64,000 nucleotides of DNA from an uncultured Alphaproteobacteria bacterium (GCA_963840425.1 CAWIYZ010000021.1:21075-85074); one strand, 5' to 3'; positions 9,455 through 19,973 are shown, numbered from the stretch's first letter. Numbers and translations: made by a program. Notes: generated by a model not told the origin, from the letters alone.

Positions 9455-10381
9455 TTACTCCAGCCGCGCGAGGTATTGCCCCGCGATATCGCACGCCACC
9501 AGCTCCGAGTAGGCGTCGAGCAGCCGTTTCGTGATCGGCCCCGGAACCTTGCCGTCGGCAATCTTTGCTCCGTTCACGCTCGCTACCCCGCACAGGCACA
9601 GGCTGGTGGAGGTCAGGAACATCTCGTCCGCCGTGTAGGCGTCGTAGAGATCGATGTCGCGCTCCACCACCTCGATCTTCAGCTCGCGCGCCAGCTCGAT
9701 CACGGTGGCGCGGCTGACGCCGGCCAGGATGTGGCGCTCGCCCGGCGTCAGTAGCCGCCCGTCCTTGGCGATGAAGACATTCGACCCTAGTCCTTCGCAC
9801 AGGTTGCCGTGCTCGTCGAGCAGCACCGCCCAGGCCTCCGGGTCCTGTGCGTGCACCTCGAGGTCCGCCATCACCATGTTGAGGTAGTTGTGCGTCTTGG
9901 TGCGCGGCGAGAGCGCATAGGGCGGCGTGCGGCGCACCGACGGCACGATGACCTTGATGCCGTCGCGGTAGTGCTTCGCGCGGGCCTTGAACGGCAACGG
10001 ACGGCAATCGACGATGATGCTCGGCCCGTCGTCCTCCCAGCCCTCGTCTCCTACGGCGGCGATGCCGCGCGAGACACGCTGTCCGAGCCAGTAGTCGTCG
10101 CCGGCGCGCAGCAGATGCTGGTTGCGCCGCAGCACCTCGTGCGTGATCTCTGTCATCTGCCCGGCCTGCATGCCGATATCAATGCGCAGGTAGGCCAGCG
10201 AACGATAGAAGCGGTCGATGTGCTCTTTCGCCTTGAACGGCTTGCCGTTGAAGGTGCGCGTCATGTCGAAACAGCCGTCGCCGTACATGAAGCTGCGGTC
10301 GCGGTAGGGCACGCGCACGTCCATCTCGGGCACGTACTTGCCGTTGTAGTAGGCGATCCGCTGATTGGCGCGCTCGGCCAT
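9455..10381 (-). CDS. Class IV (fold type IV) PLP-dependent aminotransferase, branched-chain/D-amino-acid type
   Basis: 308 aa. The N-terminal YYNGKYVP...RSFMYGDGCFD and central EGLGSNVF segments are typical of IlvE/Dat-like enzymes. Confidence 0.85.
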   Translation of the reverse strand: MAERANQRIAYYNGKYVPEMDVRVPYRDRSFMYGDGCFDMTRTFNGKPFKAKEHIDRFYRSLAYLRIDIGMQAGQMTEITHEVLRRNQHLLRAGDDYWLGQRVSRGIAAVGDEGWEDDGPSIIVDCRPLPFKARAKHYRDGIKVIVPSVRRTPPYALSPRTKTHNYLNMVMADLEVHAQDPEAWAVLLDEHGNLCEGLGSNVFIAKDGRLLTPGERHILAGVSRATVIELARELKIEVVERDIDLYDAYTADEMFLTSTSLCLCGVASVNGAKIADGKVPGPITKRLLDAYSELVACDIAGQYLARLE

Positions 10382-10399
10382 GGCTGGTCTCCCTGCTGT

Positions 10400-11620
10400 C
10401 TACTCCGCCGCTTGCGTCTTCGTGGCTGGGCCATCCGGCGCGCCGACGATACCGCGCTCGATCAGTGACGCGATTTCCTCGCGGTCGAGGCCGATGTCGG
10501 CCAGCACCTCGGCGCCCTGCTGCCCGACACCGGGAATATCGCGCCACACCGTAAAGCGCCGGCCGCCCAGCTCGAACGGCAACGCTGGAATCTCGGTCTT
10601 GCGGCCATCCGGCAGCGTGATGGGCAGCAGCGCGCCGGACACCTTGAGATGCGGGTCGTCGTAAAGCTGCTCCGGTCGCGTGATCGGGGCGTACGGCAGT
10701 CCGGCCGCCGCCACTTTCGCCTCTAGGTCCGCCTTGCTCCACGTCTTGAAGATCTCGCGCAGCCTGGGAATGAGGGTTGGCCGCGCCGCACAGCGCTGGT
10801 TGTTGGTGACGAGGCTTTCGTCGCGCCACATCTCCTCGAACCCGAACGCCTCGCAGAACAGCTTCCACTGCGTGTCTGTCACCACGCCGACGAAGAGCTG
10901 CCCGTCCTTGCAGTCGAACACGTCGTAGATGCCCCATGCGGAGATGCGCTCCGGCATCGGCCGCGCGGCCTGGCCCGTAATGGCGTACTGCATCATGTGC
11001 TGGGCCACGACCCAGGCACAGTTCTCGAACAGGGCGCTGGTCACGGGTTGACCACGCCCGGTCTTCTCGCGTTCCCGCAACGCCGCCATGATGCCGATGA
11101 CGGCGAACATGCCACCCATCATGTCGATTACCGAGGCGCCGGCTCGCAGCGGCCGGCCCGGCGGCCCGGTCATGTAGGCAAGCCCGCCCATCATTTGCGC
11201 GATCTCGTCGAGCGCGGCGCGGTGAGAGTAGGGACCGGACAGAAAGCCCTTCAACGAGCAATAGATCAGCCGCGGGTTGAGCGCGGTTGCATCCTCCGCG
11301 CCAAGCCCGAGCTTGGTCATGGCGCCGGGCCTGAAGTTCTCCGTCAGCACATCCCCTGAGGCGATCAGCTTGCGCGCGATCTCGAGACCCTCCTTGGATT
11401 TGAGATCGAGCGCTATCGAGCGCTTGTTGCGATTGAAGGCCGGGAAGAAGCCGGCTCCCGAGCCAGCCAATCGCCGCGTATTGTCGCCGTTGGGCGTCGG
11501 CTCGACCTTGATCACGTCGGCGCCCAGGTCACCCAGAATGAGCCCGCAGCTCGGGCCCATGATCATGTGGCAGAACTCGACCACGCGGATGCCCGCCAGG
11601 GGCAGATCTTGCTCGCTCAT
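10400..11620 (-). CDS. Family III CoA-transferase (CaiB/BaiF type), second copy
   Basis: ORF 10400-11749; ATG at 11620 (MSEQDLPLAGIRVVEFCHMIMGPSCGLILGDLGADVIKVEP) gives a 406-aa protein of canonical length. Confidence 0.85.
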   Translation of the reverse strand: MSEQDLPLAGIRVVEFCHMIMGPSCGLILGDLGADVIKVEPTPNGDNTRRLAGSGAGFFPAFNRNKRSIALDLKSKEGLEIARKLIASGDVLTENFRPGAMTKLGLGAEDATALNPRLIYCSLKGFLSGPYSHRAALDEIAQMMGGLAYMTGPPGRPLRAGASVIDMMGGMFAVIGIMAALREREKTGRGQPVTSALFENCAWVVAQHMMQYAITGQAARPMPERISAWGIYDVFDCKDGQLFVGVVTDTQWKLFCEAFGFEEMWRDESLVTNNQRCAARPTLIPRLREIFKTWSKADLEAKVAAAGLPYAPITRPEQLYDDPHLKVSGALLPITLPDGRKTEIPALPFELGGRRFTVWRDIPGVGQQGAEVLADIGLDREEIASLIERGIVGAPDGPATKTQAAE

Positions 11621-11747
11621 GTGATCCTTCCGGCGTGGTCGCCTTGACTCGTTAGCACGTCGAAACCCATGCTCTGAATAGAGCACGCACAGCGATCGCG
11701 CGCAAAGCCCGCTCGCTGTTCCTGGGAGCCGCCCGAGGGAACGCCGC

Positions 11748-12656
11748 ATGAGCCTTTATCCTCCGCCCGCCACCATCAAGGCCGAGGTCTTCACGCGCAT
11801 GCCGGAGCATCTGCGCAAGCGCGTGCGCACCGCTTGGGCGGATTTCAACAAGGCGGGCCAGATCGCCGACTGCTTCCTGGAGGGGCCGAGCTTCGACCGG
11901 CAAGGCAACCTCTGGGTGACCGATATTCCGCACGGCCGTGTGTTCAAGATTTCTCCCGCCGGGGAGTGGATCCAGGTGGCGGAGTACGATGGCTGGCCCA
12001 ACGGCCTCAAGCTGCACAAGGATGGTCGTGCCTTCATCACCGACTACAAGCGCGGCATCATGGTTCTCGATCCAGCCAGCGGGAAGGTCGCTCCGCTGCT
12101 GGAAACGGTCCGGAGCGAGAGCTTCAAGGGCGTCAATGATCTTCACTTCGCCGCCAATGGCGACCTGTACTTCACCGACCAGGGCCAGACCGGCCTGCAC
12201 GACCCGACCGGCCGCGTCTATCGCTACACGGCCGACGGTAAGCTCACGTGCCTCGTCGATACGGTTCCGAGCCCGAACGGCCTTGTGCTCAACCTGCACG
12301 AGAATGTGCTCTTCGTCGCGGTGACACGCGCCAACGCGGTCTGGCGCATCCCGCTCGCCATCGACGGCGGCGTGACGAAAGTGGGCCTGGCTGTCCAGCT
12401 TTCTGGCGGATTGGCCGGTCCCGACGGCCTGGCGCTCGACGCGGAGGGCGGCTTGATCGTGGCCCATGCTGGCATGGGGTGCTGGCGTTTCGACGCGCTG
12501 CTGCGGCCGACGCATTTCATCGATCCGATCGTCGGGCGCTTCGTGACCAACGTCGCCTTCAAGGGCAACCGGCTCTACATGACCGAGTCGGAGAGCGGGA
12601 GCATTCTGACCGCGGACCTGCCCGCGCCCGGAAAGACGATGTACGGTCAGTCGTAG
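11748..12656 (+). CDS. SMP-30/gluconolactonase/LRE family protein (lactonase-like beta-propeller)
   Basis: FLEGPSFDRQGNLWVTD, PNGL and GPDGLALD repeats are typical of the six-bladed SGL propeller. Confidence 0.8.
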   Translation: MSLYPPPATIKAEVFTRMPEHLRKRVRTAWADFNKAGQIADCFLEGPSFDRQGNLWVTDIPHGRVFKISPAGEWIQVAEYDGWPNGLKLHKDGRAFITDYKRGIMVLDPASGKVAPLLETVRSESFKGVNDLHFAANGDLYFTDQGQTGLHDPTGRVYRYTADGKLTCLVDTVPSPNGLVLNLHENVLFVAVTRANAVWRIPLAIDGGVTKVGLAVQLSGGLAGPDGLALDAEGGLIVAHAGMGCWRFDALLRPTHFIDPIVGRFVTNVAFKGNRLYMTESESGSILTADLPAPGKTMYGQS

Positions 12657-12683
12657 AAACCTGCAACAAAACGAGGAAGCGCC

Positions 12684-13463
12684 ATGCGTCTCGCGAACAA
12701 GATCGGCATTGTCACCGCCGCGGCATCGGGAATGGGCCGCGCCGGCGCTATTCGCTTCGCCCGGGAAGGCGCCTCCGTGTCCGTAGTGGACATCGACACC
12801 GCCGCGATCGAAGCGGTCGTCGCTGAGATCACGCGTGCCGGCGGCAAGGCGAAGGGGATTGTGGCGGATCTGACCAAGGACGCCGATTCCCGTCGCATCG
12901 TCGGCGAGACGGCGAAGCACTTCGGCGGCCTGGATTTCGTCTGGAACCATGTCGGGCATCCCGGTCCCGCGGCCATCGAAGGCCTCGACATGGCGGACTA
13001 CGATCTCGCCATGAACCTCAACCTGCGCTCGGTGCTCGTCACGACCGAGGCGGCACTTCCCGAGCTGCGCGCCCGTGGCGGCGGCTCCCTGCTCTACACG
13101 GCCTCGACGTCCGGCTTGCACGGCTCCCAGTTCAGCCCGGTCTACTCGGCCGCCAAGCACGGTGTCGTCGGCTTTGTTCGCGCTCTCGCCAAGCGCTACG
13201 CCAAGGAGAAGATCCGCGCCAACGCCATTTGCCCGGGCCCAATCGACACGCCCATGCTGCGCGTGTTCGTGGCCCGCCCCGATCAGCAATCGACGCACGG
13301 CATGGACAAGGAGGAGTTGGTGCGCTCGCGCGGCGGCCAGACCCCGATGGGTCGTCCGGGCAAGCCCGAGGAAGTCGCCAACGCCGCACTTTTCCTGCTT
13401 TCGGACGAGGCATCCTTCGTCACCGGAGCGGCCCTGGCCGTTGACGGCGGCGCCACGGCTTAG
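12684..13463 (+). CDS. SDR family oxidoreductase
   Basis: Cofactor motif TAAASGMGRA (TGxxxGxG-like), NHVG, and catalytic YSAAK. Confidence 0.9.
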   Translation: MRLANKIGIVTAAASGMGRAGAIRFAREGASVSVVDIDTAAIEAVVAEITRAGGKAKGIVADLTKDADSRRIVGETAKHFGGLDFVWNHVGHPGPAAIEGLDMADYDLAMNLNLRSVLVTTEAALPELRARGGGSLLYTASTSGLHGSQFSPVYSAAKHGVVGFVRALAKRYAKEKIRANAICPGPIDTPMLRVFVARPDQQSTHGMDKEELVRSRGGQTPMGRPGKPEEVANAALFLLSDEASFVTGAALAVDGGATA

Positions 13464-13484
13464 GATCGTTTCCTTTTCCTGCAT

Positions 13485-13553
13485 CCCCGGACATCGCGCG
13501 TCCGCGCGACGCGCGAATGATCCGGGGCCTTTCCCGGCAGTGAATTCCGGGAA
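13485..13553. terminator. GC-rich inverted repeats between convergent genes (bidirectional terminator-like)
   Basis: CCCCGGA...CGCGCGTC-loop-GACGCGCG...TCCGGGG (13485-13527) is followed by TTCCCGG-N7-CCGGGAA. It lies between the SDR stop (13463) and the hydroxylase large-subunit stop (13572). There is no clear U tract. Confidence 0.4.
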
Positions 13554-13571
13554 GCAGCCGCTGCACTTTCC

Positions 13572-15858
13572 CTAAACCTTGCCGAACGCCTCGCCCTTGA
13601 TCGCCCGCAGCACACGCTCCGGCGTCATCGGCATGTGCCCGATACGAACGCCCACGGCGCGCGCGATGGCATTGGCCACCGTGGCGGCCGGCGGCACGAT
13701 CGGCACCTCGCCGACACCGCGTACGCCGTAAGGCACGTTGGGAACCGGCGTCTCGATGATGACGCACTCGATCGGCGGCAGGTCGAGCGCGGTCGGCATC
13801 CGGTAGTCGAGCAGGCTGGCGTTGCGCAGCCGCCCCTGTAAATCGTAGTCGAAGCCTTCCGTCAGCGCCCAGCCGAGACCTTGCGCCACACTGCCCGCGA
13901 TCTGTCCCTCGACGGCAGTCGGATTGAGCGCCTTGCCGACATCCTGGAACGCGGTGTAGCGCAGCACCGTGACCTGCCCCGTGTCGGTGTCCACCTCGAC
14001 ATCGCAGACGTGAGCGCCAACCTCGACGCCGAGCGGCAGCTTGGTCGAGACGCCGCGGCCAACGATGGCACCCTCGGTCAACGTCGCCTTCATCAGGTCG
14101 GCGAGCGCGATCGACGCGCCGCCCGCGTTCTGCGTGCCGAACACGCCAGCGGAATAGGTGACGTCGCCGGCGCCGCATTGCAGCTTCTCCGCCGCGCGCG
14201 CTTTGAGTTGCTCCAGGGCGTCGCGAGACGCCTCCACCACCGCGGCCGTCATGGTGCGCCCGACGCGGCTGCCGGCGGCAGCGTCGGAAAAGGCGGCGGA
14301 TTTGGTGTCGCCCATGACGACATGCACGTCGTCGATCGAGAGGCCGAATTGCTCCGCCGCCACCTGCGCCATGGTCGTGCGCGTGCCCGACAAGTCCACT
14401 GACCCCATGGTCACCATCGGCCGCCCGTCGCCGGCAATCGTGATGTGGCAGGCCGAGGTCATGGATGTCCCTCGCCAGTAGCCGAGCGCCAATCCGCGCC
14501 CGCGCGGAAAGCGGCCGCTGCCGATGGGATCGGTCCAGCAGGGGTGCGCGCCCACCCGATCGAGGATCGTCGTCAGCCCGATCGAGGGAAACGGCGTGCC
14601 GATCGGCATGCGGCTGCCGGTGACTGCGGCATTGCGCCGGCGCAGCTCGAGCGGGTCGAGGTCTAGCTTCTGCGCCAGCGCATCGATCGCCTGCTCAACC
14701 GCGAACACCGCCTGGATGCCGCCGGGACCGCGATAGGCCTCCGTGCGCGGTTTGTTGGTGACCACGTCAAAGCCTTCAAGCCGCAGGTTGTCGCATTGAT
14801 AGGGCGCCGCCGACGCCTGCATCAGCAGTGTCGTTGCCGTTCCGGGAATGCCGCCCGTGTCGATGTGGTAGCGCCCGTCGATGGCGGTCAGGCGTCCATC
14901 GCGGTCCGCTCCCACGCGCACCGCAATCCGCGCCGCAGCCGCGGGGCCCGTTGCCTATCATCACCTCCTCGCGCGACATGACGATCTTGACCGGCCGGCC
15001 GCACTTCTGCGCCAGGCGCACGGCGATAGGCTCGGGATGCGTCAGGATCTTGCCGCCGAACCCGCCGCCGATCTCCAGCGGAATGACCTTGATCTTCGAC
15101 AGCGGCAGGCCGACCAGCCCCGCCACCATCAATTCAGTCTGGAACGCGCCCTGCGTGGAGGCCCACACCGTGACGAAGCCTGTCGGGTCGGCTTCGGCAA
15201 CGACCGCCTGTGGCTCGAGGTAGCCCTGGTGCGCCGTGTCGACGACAACCTGCTGCTCGGCGGTGGCTGCAGCCGTGGCAAGCGCCGCTTCCACGTCGCC
15301 ACGGGCGATCAGCGTGCGCGCGCCGACATTCGAGGCGGTGCGCGGGGCCGGCTCGACGCCCTTGGTTATGAGATGGCCGTGCAGGATGGGCGCACCGGGA
15401 GCCAGCGCCGCCTCGATGTCCATGACGGCCGGCAGCGGGTCGTACTCGACCTCGATGAGATCGATCGCCTGCGCCGCCACGTGCGGGTCGGCGGCGGCGA
15501 CGGCTGCGACCGGCTGCCCGATCCACAGCACCTTCTCGCGCGCCATGTTGATGAGCGAGATCACCCACAGGTCCTGCCCAGTCTCGCCGAATGGGATGCT
15601 CGAGCCCATCGGCACCTCGGGAAAGTCTGCCGCAGTGACGATCGCAAGCACGCCTTTGAGTGAAGCCGCGCGGGATGTGTCGATGCGCAGGATGCGCGCA
15701 TGCGCCTGCGTGCTGCGCTTCACACGCCCCCAGACCATGCCGGGTCGCTTGAAATCGGCTGGGTACACGGCTCTGCCGGTCACGCGCTCACCGGCATCGA
15801 TGCGCGGCAGACGCTTGCCGACGACCTTCAGGTCGGTTTTGGGCTCGGGCGCGTTCAC
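13572..15858 (-). pseudogene. Xanthine dehydrogenase/CoxL-family molybdopterin-binding large subunit, interrupted by a +1 frameshift
   Basis: Two ORFs (14776-15858 and 13572-14921) together cover a full-length aldehyde oxidase/xanthine dehydrogenase large subunit. The frames join at ...SREEVMI|ATGPAAAARIAVRVGADRDG if one G of the GG run at 14954-14955 is skipped. The total span is 3n+1 nt. Confidence 0.8.
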
Positions 15859-16331
15859 GGCCCCTTCTCCATCGCCTGGGCCGCTGCCTGTACTGCCGCG
15901 ACAATCTTATCGTAGCCCGTGCAGCGGCAGAGATTGCCGGCGATGGCCGCACGTATCTCGTCTGTGTCGGGCCTGCTGGAGCGCGCGAGCAACGCCTTGG
16001 CCGAGAGCACGATGCCGGGCGTGCAGAACCCGCACTGCGTGCCACCGTGCTCGATCATTGCGTTCTGCACCGCATCCAGCGCACCGTTCGCGGCGACGCC
16101 TTCGATCGTCGTGATCTGCGCTCCGTCGGCCTCCATCGCCAGAACGAGGCAGGCGTTGACCGGCGCGCCCTCCAGCAGCACCGTGCAGGAGCCGCAGTTG
16201 CCATTGCTGCAGCCTTCCTTCGTCCCGGTCAGCCTGGCCCGCTCGCGCAACAGCTCGAGCAATGTGTCGCGGCCGTCCGCCAGCACCTCGTGCTCTTCGC
16301 CGTTGATCTCGCAGCGCACGATGCTCTTCAT
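15855..16331 (-). CDS. (2Fe-2S)-binding small subunit of the molybdenum hydroxylase (CoxS-like)
   Basis: Carries the two cluster motifs CSNGNCGSCTV and QCGFCTPG...CRCTGY. It has ATGA overlaps with both neighbouring subunit genes. Confidence 0.9.
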   Translation of the reverse strand: MKSIVRCEINGEEHEVLADGRDTLLELLRERARLTGTKEGCSNGNCGSCTVLLEGAPVNACLVLAMEADGAQITTIEGVAANGALDAVQNAMIEHGGTQCGFCTPGIVLSAKALLARSSRPDTDEIRAAIAGNLCRCTGYDKIVAAVQAAAQAMEKGP

Positions 16332-17206
16332 GGTCCATCCATTCTGATGCGCAGGTCGTGCGCGCAGGCCTCGAGCGCGCGCTTCGTCAGCACAGCGACG
16401 AGCTCGCGGCGGTACTCGGTCGAGCCGCGCGTGTCGGATATCGGCCGCGCCTCGCGCGCGGCAAGCCGGCCGGCCTCGGTGAAGACGTTGGGTGTAGGCG
16501 CTTTCCCGATGAGTGATTGCTCCGCCGCCTTCGCGCGCAGGGGCACCGGCGCCACGGACGCGAGCACGATGCGCGCGTCGGCAATGGTGCCGTCCGCGCC
16601 GAGGCAGAACCAGGTTCCGCTCCCGGCGACGGCGATGTCCATCTCGCGGCGCGGCGTGAAGCGCAGATACCGGCCCGCGCTGCGCGGACGGACCGGCGGC
16701 ACGCGGATTGAGGTCAGCACCTCGTCTGCTGCGAGCCTCGTCTGTCCCGGGCCCGCAAACAGGTCCTCGACGGCGACCGTCCGCCGTCCATGCGCGCCGG
16801 CGATCTCGGCGCTGGCGCTGAGGCAGATGACGATCGGCACCGCGTCGGCCGAGGGTGCCGCATTGCAGATGTTGCCCCCCAGGCCGGCACGGTTCTGGAT
16901 CTGATGACTTCCCACTAGGCGGCCGAACTCGGCGATGCCGGGGTACGCGGTGGCCAGTTTGCTGTGCGCCGCTATTTGCGTGAAGCTCGCGGCGCCGCCG
17001 ATGCGGAAGCTCCCATCGGCGTCCTGCGTGATCGCGGTCAGCTCTGGAATACGCTTCAGGTCGACCACGCAGGCAGCCGATCTCCGCCCTTCGCGCAGTT
17101 GCACGATAAGATCAGTGCCGCCGGCGAGCGCACGCGCGTCCCCACGGCCGAGAGCGCGTACGGCCTCATGCACCGTGGTGGGGCTTTCGTAGTGCAGTTC
17201 CCTCAA
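16328..17206 (-). CDS. FAD-binding medium subunit of the molybdenum hydroxylase (CoxM/XdhB-like)
   Basis: AGGTDLIVQL FAD-binding motif; 292 aa; first gene of the M-S-L operon. Confidence 0.85.
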   Translation of the reverse strand: MRELHYESPTTVHEAVRALGRGDARALAGGTDLIVQLREGRRSAACVVDLKRIPELTAITQDADGSFRIGGAASFTQIAAHSKLATAYPGIAEFGRLVGSHQIQNRAGLGGNICNAAPSADAVPIVICLSASAEIAGAHGRRTVAVEDLFAGPGQTRLAADEVLTSIRVPPVRPRSAGRYLRFTPRREMDIAVAGSGTWFCLGADGTIADARIVLASVAPVPLRAKAAEQSLIGKAPTPNVFTEAGRLAAREARPISDTRGSTEYRRELVAVLTKRALEACAHDLRIRMDGP

Positions 17207-17256
17207 CTTGTCCTCCGCGCTACAAACGCGTGCGAGTCTAAAGCAGGATCAATCGT

Positions 17257-18126
17257 TTGCCCATGGCGCCACACATCATCACTCATGCGGAGGCCTACCT
17301 GAAGCGTTATGACGTCGTGTTCTGCGATGTCTGGGGCGTCGTGCATGATGGCGAGAACGCGTATGTGGAGGCCGGGGAAGCATTGGCAAGGTTCCGCGAG
17401 GCTGGCGGGACGGTGGTGTTGGTGTCCAATGCGCCATATCCCGCCGCCAGGGTCGCGACCGTTATCGACGCCAAAGGCGTTCGCCGCGACGCGTGGGATG
17501 CGATTGTTTCATCCGGCGATATAGCCAGGCGTCATGTCGCCGAGGCTGGCTACACTCGCGTGCATTGTATCGGTCCAGAGTCACGCGATCGCGCCCTGTT
17601 CGAGAGCTTGCCCGGTCGCCGGACTCCTCTTACTGACGCGGAGGTGGTCGTGTGCAGCGGCCTCGTGCACGATAGGACGGAGACAGCCGAGGACTACCGC
17701 GGTCTCCTCCAGCAGGCCTTGGCGCTGCGCCTGCCGCTCGTGTGTGCCAACCCGGATCTGATCGTCGATGTCGGGTCTGCGCGGCTGCCCTGCGCTGGAG
17801 CGATTGCCGTGCTTTACGAGCAGATGGGCGGGACGGTGTTCTGGGCCGGGAAGCCGCATCCAGCGGCCTATCAGACGGCTCTTGCAAGCGCTCAGGAATT
17901 GCGCGGAGCGTCAGTGTCGCCGGATCGCGTGCTCGCCATTGGCGATGCACTGCGCACCGATCTTGCGGCGGCTGAGGGAGCGAGCATAGACGCGCTATTC
18001 GTGGCCGGCGGCATCCATCGGCACGAGATCATGAATGGGGCCGACATCGATCCAGCGAGCCTGGCAGGCCTGTTTCGTTCAGGCGCTCCTCCGGCCGTTG
18101 CCGCCATGACTCAATTGAGATGGTGA
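17257..18126 (+). CDS. HAD-superfamily hydrolase (TIGR01459-like)
   Basis: N-terminal CDVWGVVHDG motif I, SNAP motif II and a C-terminal GDALRTD motif. Confidence 0.75.
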   Translation: MPMAPHIITHAEAYLKRYDVVFCDVWGVVHDGENAYVEAGEALARFREAGGTVVLVSNAPYPAARVATVIDAKGVRRDAWDAIVSSGDIARRHVAEAGYTRVHCIGPESRDRALFESLPGRRTPLTDAEVVVCSGLVHDRTETAEDYRGLLQQALALRLPLVCANPDLIVDVGSARLPCAGAIAVLYEQMGGTVFWAGKPHPAAYQTALASAQELRGASVSPDRVLAIGDALRTDLAAAEGASIDALFVAGGIHRHEIMNGADIDPASLAGLFRSGAPPAVAAMTQLRW

Positions 18127-18150
18127 TGCGATATTGCCGCCCGAAATGGC

Positions 18151-19122
18151 TCACTTCTTTCCGGCAGGCGCCCGCCCGTCCGAGAACGCGCCGAAAACCA
18201 TGTCGGGCGAGGACGTGTTGTGGCGCGAGGGTGCGATGCGGCCAGCCCAGACATCCGTCGCTGTCGCGCGCTTGAAGGACATGATGCCGTCCTCGCGCCA
18301 GCCTTTGGCATCCTTCTCGCGCACGGCGATGCGCGCCACATCGTTGTTGAACTCCGTCACGAACATGGAGCGCAGTGTTGCGAAGGGACGGCCGCTGATC
18401 GGTCGGTCGAGCGTAACGTCCAGAATATTGCGATTCTGATCCGACTTCGTCATCACCAGCTTTGCCGATCCGCCCCGGTCGAACTGCAACGTGAAAGTTC
18501 GGCTTTTCGGATCGAATGCGACTTCGTTGATGCGAACGATCGGCCGCTCATCGATCTCCACCGGGCCAACAAGGAAAGATGAGCCGAAGGCTGTGGGAGC
18601 CATACCGGCGGGCGCCAGCGGGCGCAGGCGCCAGTATCCGTCCTGTGGGTAAAAGACGAGCACCTCTTCTCCCCCCATCGGTCTGATCATCCAAACCTGA
18701 AGCAGATGCAATCCGGTCTCGATGCGGTCACCGATACGCACCGTCGCGGTCGCGGGCCGCCAGAAGGTCGGGAACGTCAGTCCGACCACCCACATGTCGA
18801 TATCTTCATAAAGTGTCTTGCGCTTTGGCGGCGCGGCAGCCGGCAGTTGCGGATTGCCCGGGATGTCGCAGGCCGTCCAGTCGGCCTCGAAGCTGTCGCG
18901 CTGCAACGTCCCGATGTAGGCCGGATGCGCTGCTTCGATGCGAAACCTGCGCACGTCGCTCGACTGCATATTGATTGTGACGTTGTCCTTCTCGGCGCAC
19001 AGGACAGGCTCGCTGGCATTGGTCACCTCGACGGCAATGCCGTCGAGCGAGGCAGCATGCGCGGGCAAGGTCACGGCGCAAACGCAAACAGCTACGGCGA
19101 GACGGATGACTTTGCACAGCAT
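18151..19122 (-). CDS. Secreted protein of unknown function
   Basis: ORF 18151-19275; ATG at 19122 gives a clean signal peptide (MLCKVIRLAVAVCVCAVTLPAHA|AS). I recognised no motif. Confidence 0.6.
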   Translation of the reverse strand: MLCKVIRLAVAVCVCAVTLPAHAASLDGIAVEVTNASEPVLCAEKDNVTINMQSSDVRRFRIEAAHPAYIGTLQRDSFEADWTACDIPGNPQLPAAAPPKRKTLYEDIDMWVVGLTFPTFWRPATATVRIGDRIETGLHLLQVWMIRPMGGEEVLVFYPQDGYWRLRPLAPAGMAPTAFGSSFLVGPVEIDERPIVRINEVAFDPKSRTFTLQFDRGGSAKLVMTKSDQNRNILDVTLDRPISGRPFATLRSMFVTEFNNDVARIAVREKDAKGWREDGIMSFKRATATDVWAGRIAPSRHNTSSPDMVFGAFSDGRAPAGKK

Positions 19123-19184
19123 TGAAATCGGATCTCGCAAATGCACCGCTATACGGGAGTAGCGCCGGCTGACAGGATGCGCCC

Positions 19185-19973
19185 CTACTTGTGCAACACG
19201 CAGTAAATATCTCCCGAATTGGCGTCGTGCGGCAGGCCCTCGATGTGCAGCTGCATCTCGGTGGCTGTGACCCAATGGTCGAAACTAAGTGCGTGGTCCT
19301 CGCCCAGCGACAAATCAAATCGATAGTCGCCCAGGCCCATCATGTGGTCCAGGCAGCGCACCGCCACATCGCGCTGGATGGTCGTGAACTCGAATGACAA
19401 GGCGGGGAGTTGCACCGAAAGTCCGGCCAGAACGTCGGCCTCGAAACCTTCCACGTCGATCTTGGCGAACTGTGGCAGCCCATGCTCGGCGACCAGCGCA
19501 TCCAGTGTCGTCACCGGCACATCGACGGCCTGGTCCCAGACCTGTCCCTCCCAGCCGTCGGCACCGTCCGCGGCTTTCAGGAACTCCGCGGAGGCGGTGG
19601 TGACCGTAGGATTGCGAGTATTGATGTGCAGCGTGAGCGTGCCCGGCCGAGGACCACACGCCGCTTCACGTACGGTGACCTCCGGGTCGTCGGCATAAAT
19701 CGCCCTGATCGCGCGCGCACATAGAGGCTGCGGCTCGAGCGCGACGACACGGGCGCCCAGCCTGCGAAAGCTGCCGATCCGATCGCCGACATGCGCCCCG
19801 ATATCGAAGGCAAGTTGGCCCGGCTCCAGAAAGCGGGCATAGAGCGCGTCCATAGCCGCGTCGCGACTAGGATCCCCGTAGTAGACCTCCAAAGAGCGCT
19901 TCAGGCTCGCGAACGCCGGATCACCCTTGAGCGCATCTATCGTGGTTCGGCCTGCCATGTACGGCTCATGCAT
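19185..19973 (-). CDS. FkbM family methyltransferase
   Basis: FDIGAHVGDRIGSF (SAM motif I) and FAKIDVEGFE motifs. The start is ambiguous (20033, 19973 or 19958). I chose 19973, which overlaps the opgH stop by 8 nt. Confidence 0.7.
   Translation of the reverse strand: MHEPYMAGRTTIDALKGDPAFASLKRSLEVYYGDPSRDAAMDALYARFLEPGQLAFDIGAHVGDRIGSFRRLGARVVALEPQPLCARAIRAIYADDPEVTVREAACGPRPGTLTLHINTRNPTVTTASAEFLKAADGADGWEGQVWDQAVDVPVTTLDALVAEHGLPQFAKIDVEGFEADVLAGLSVQLPALSFEFTTIQRDVAVRCLDHMMGLGDYRFDLSLGEDHALSFDHWVTATEMQLHIEGLPHDANSGDIYCVLHK

Noticed and set aside
11652-13484. 610-aa minus-strand ORF.
   Set aside because: It is antisense to the lactonase and SDR genes, has low-complexity Arg/Gly/Ala/His-rich composition and shows no recognisable motif.
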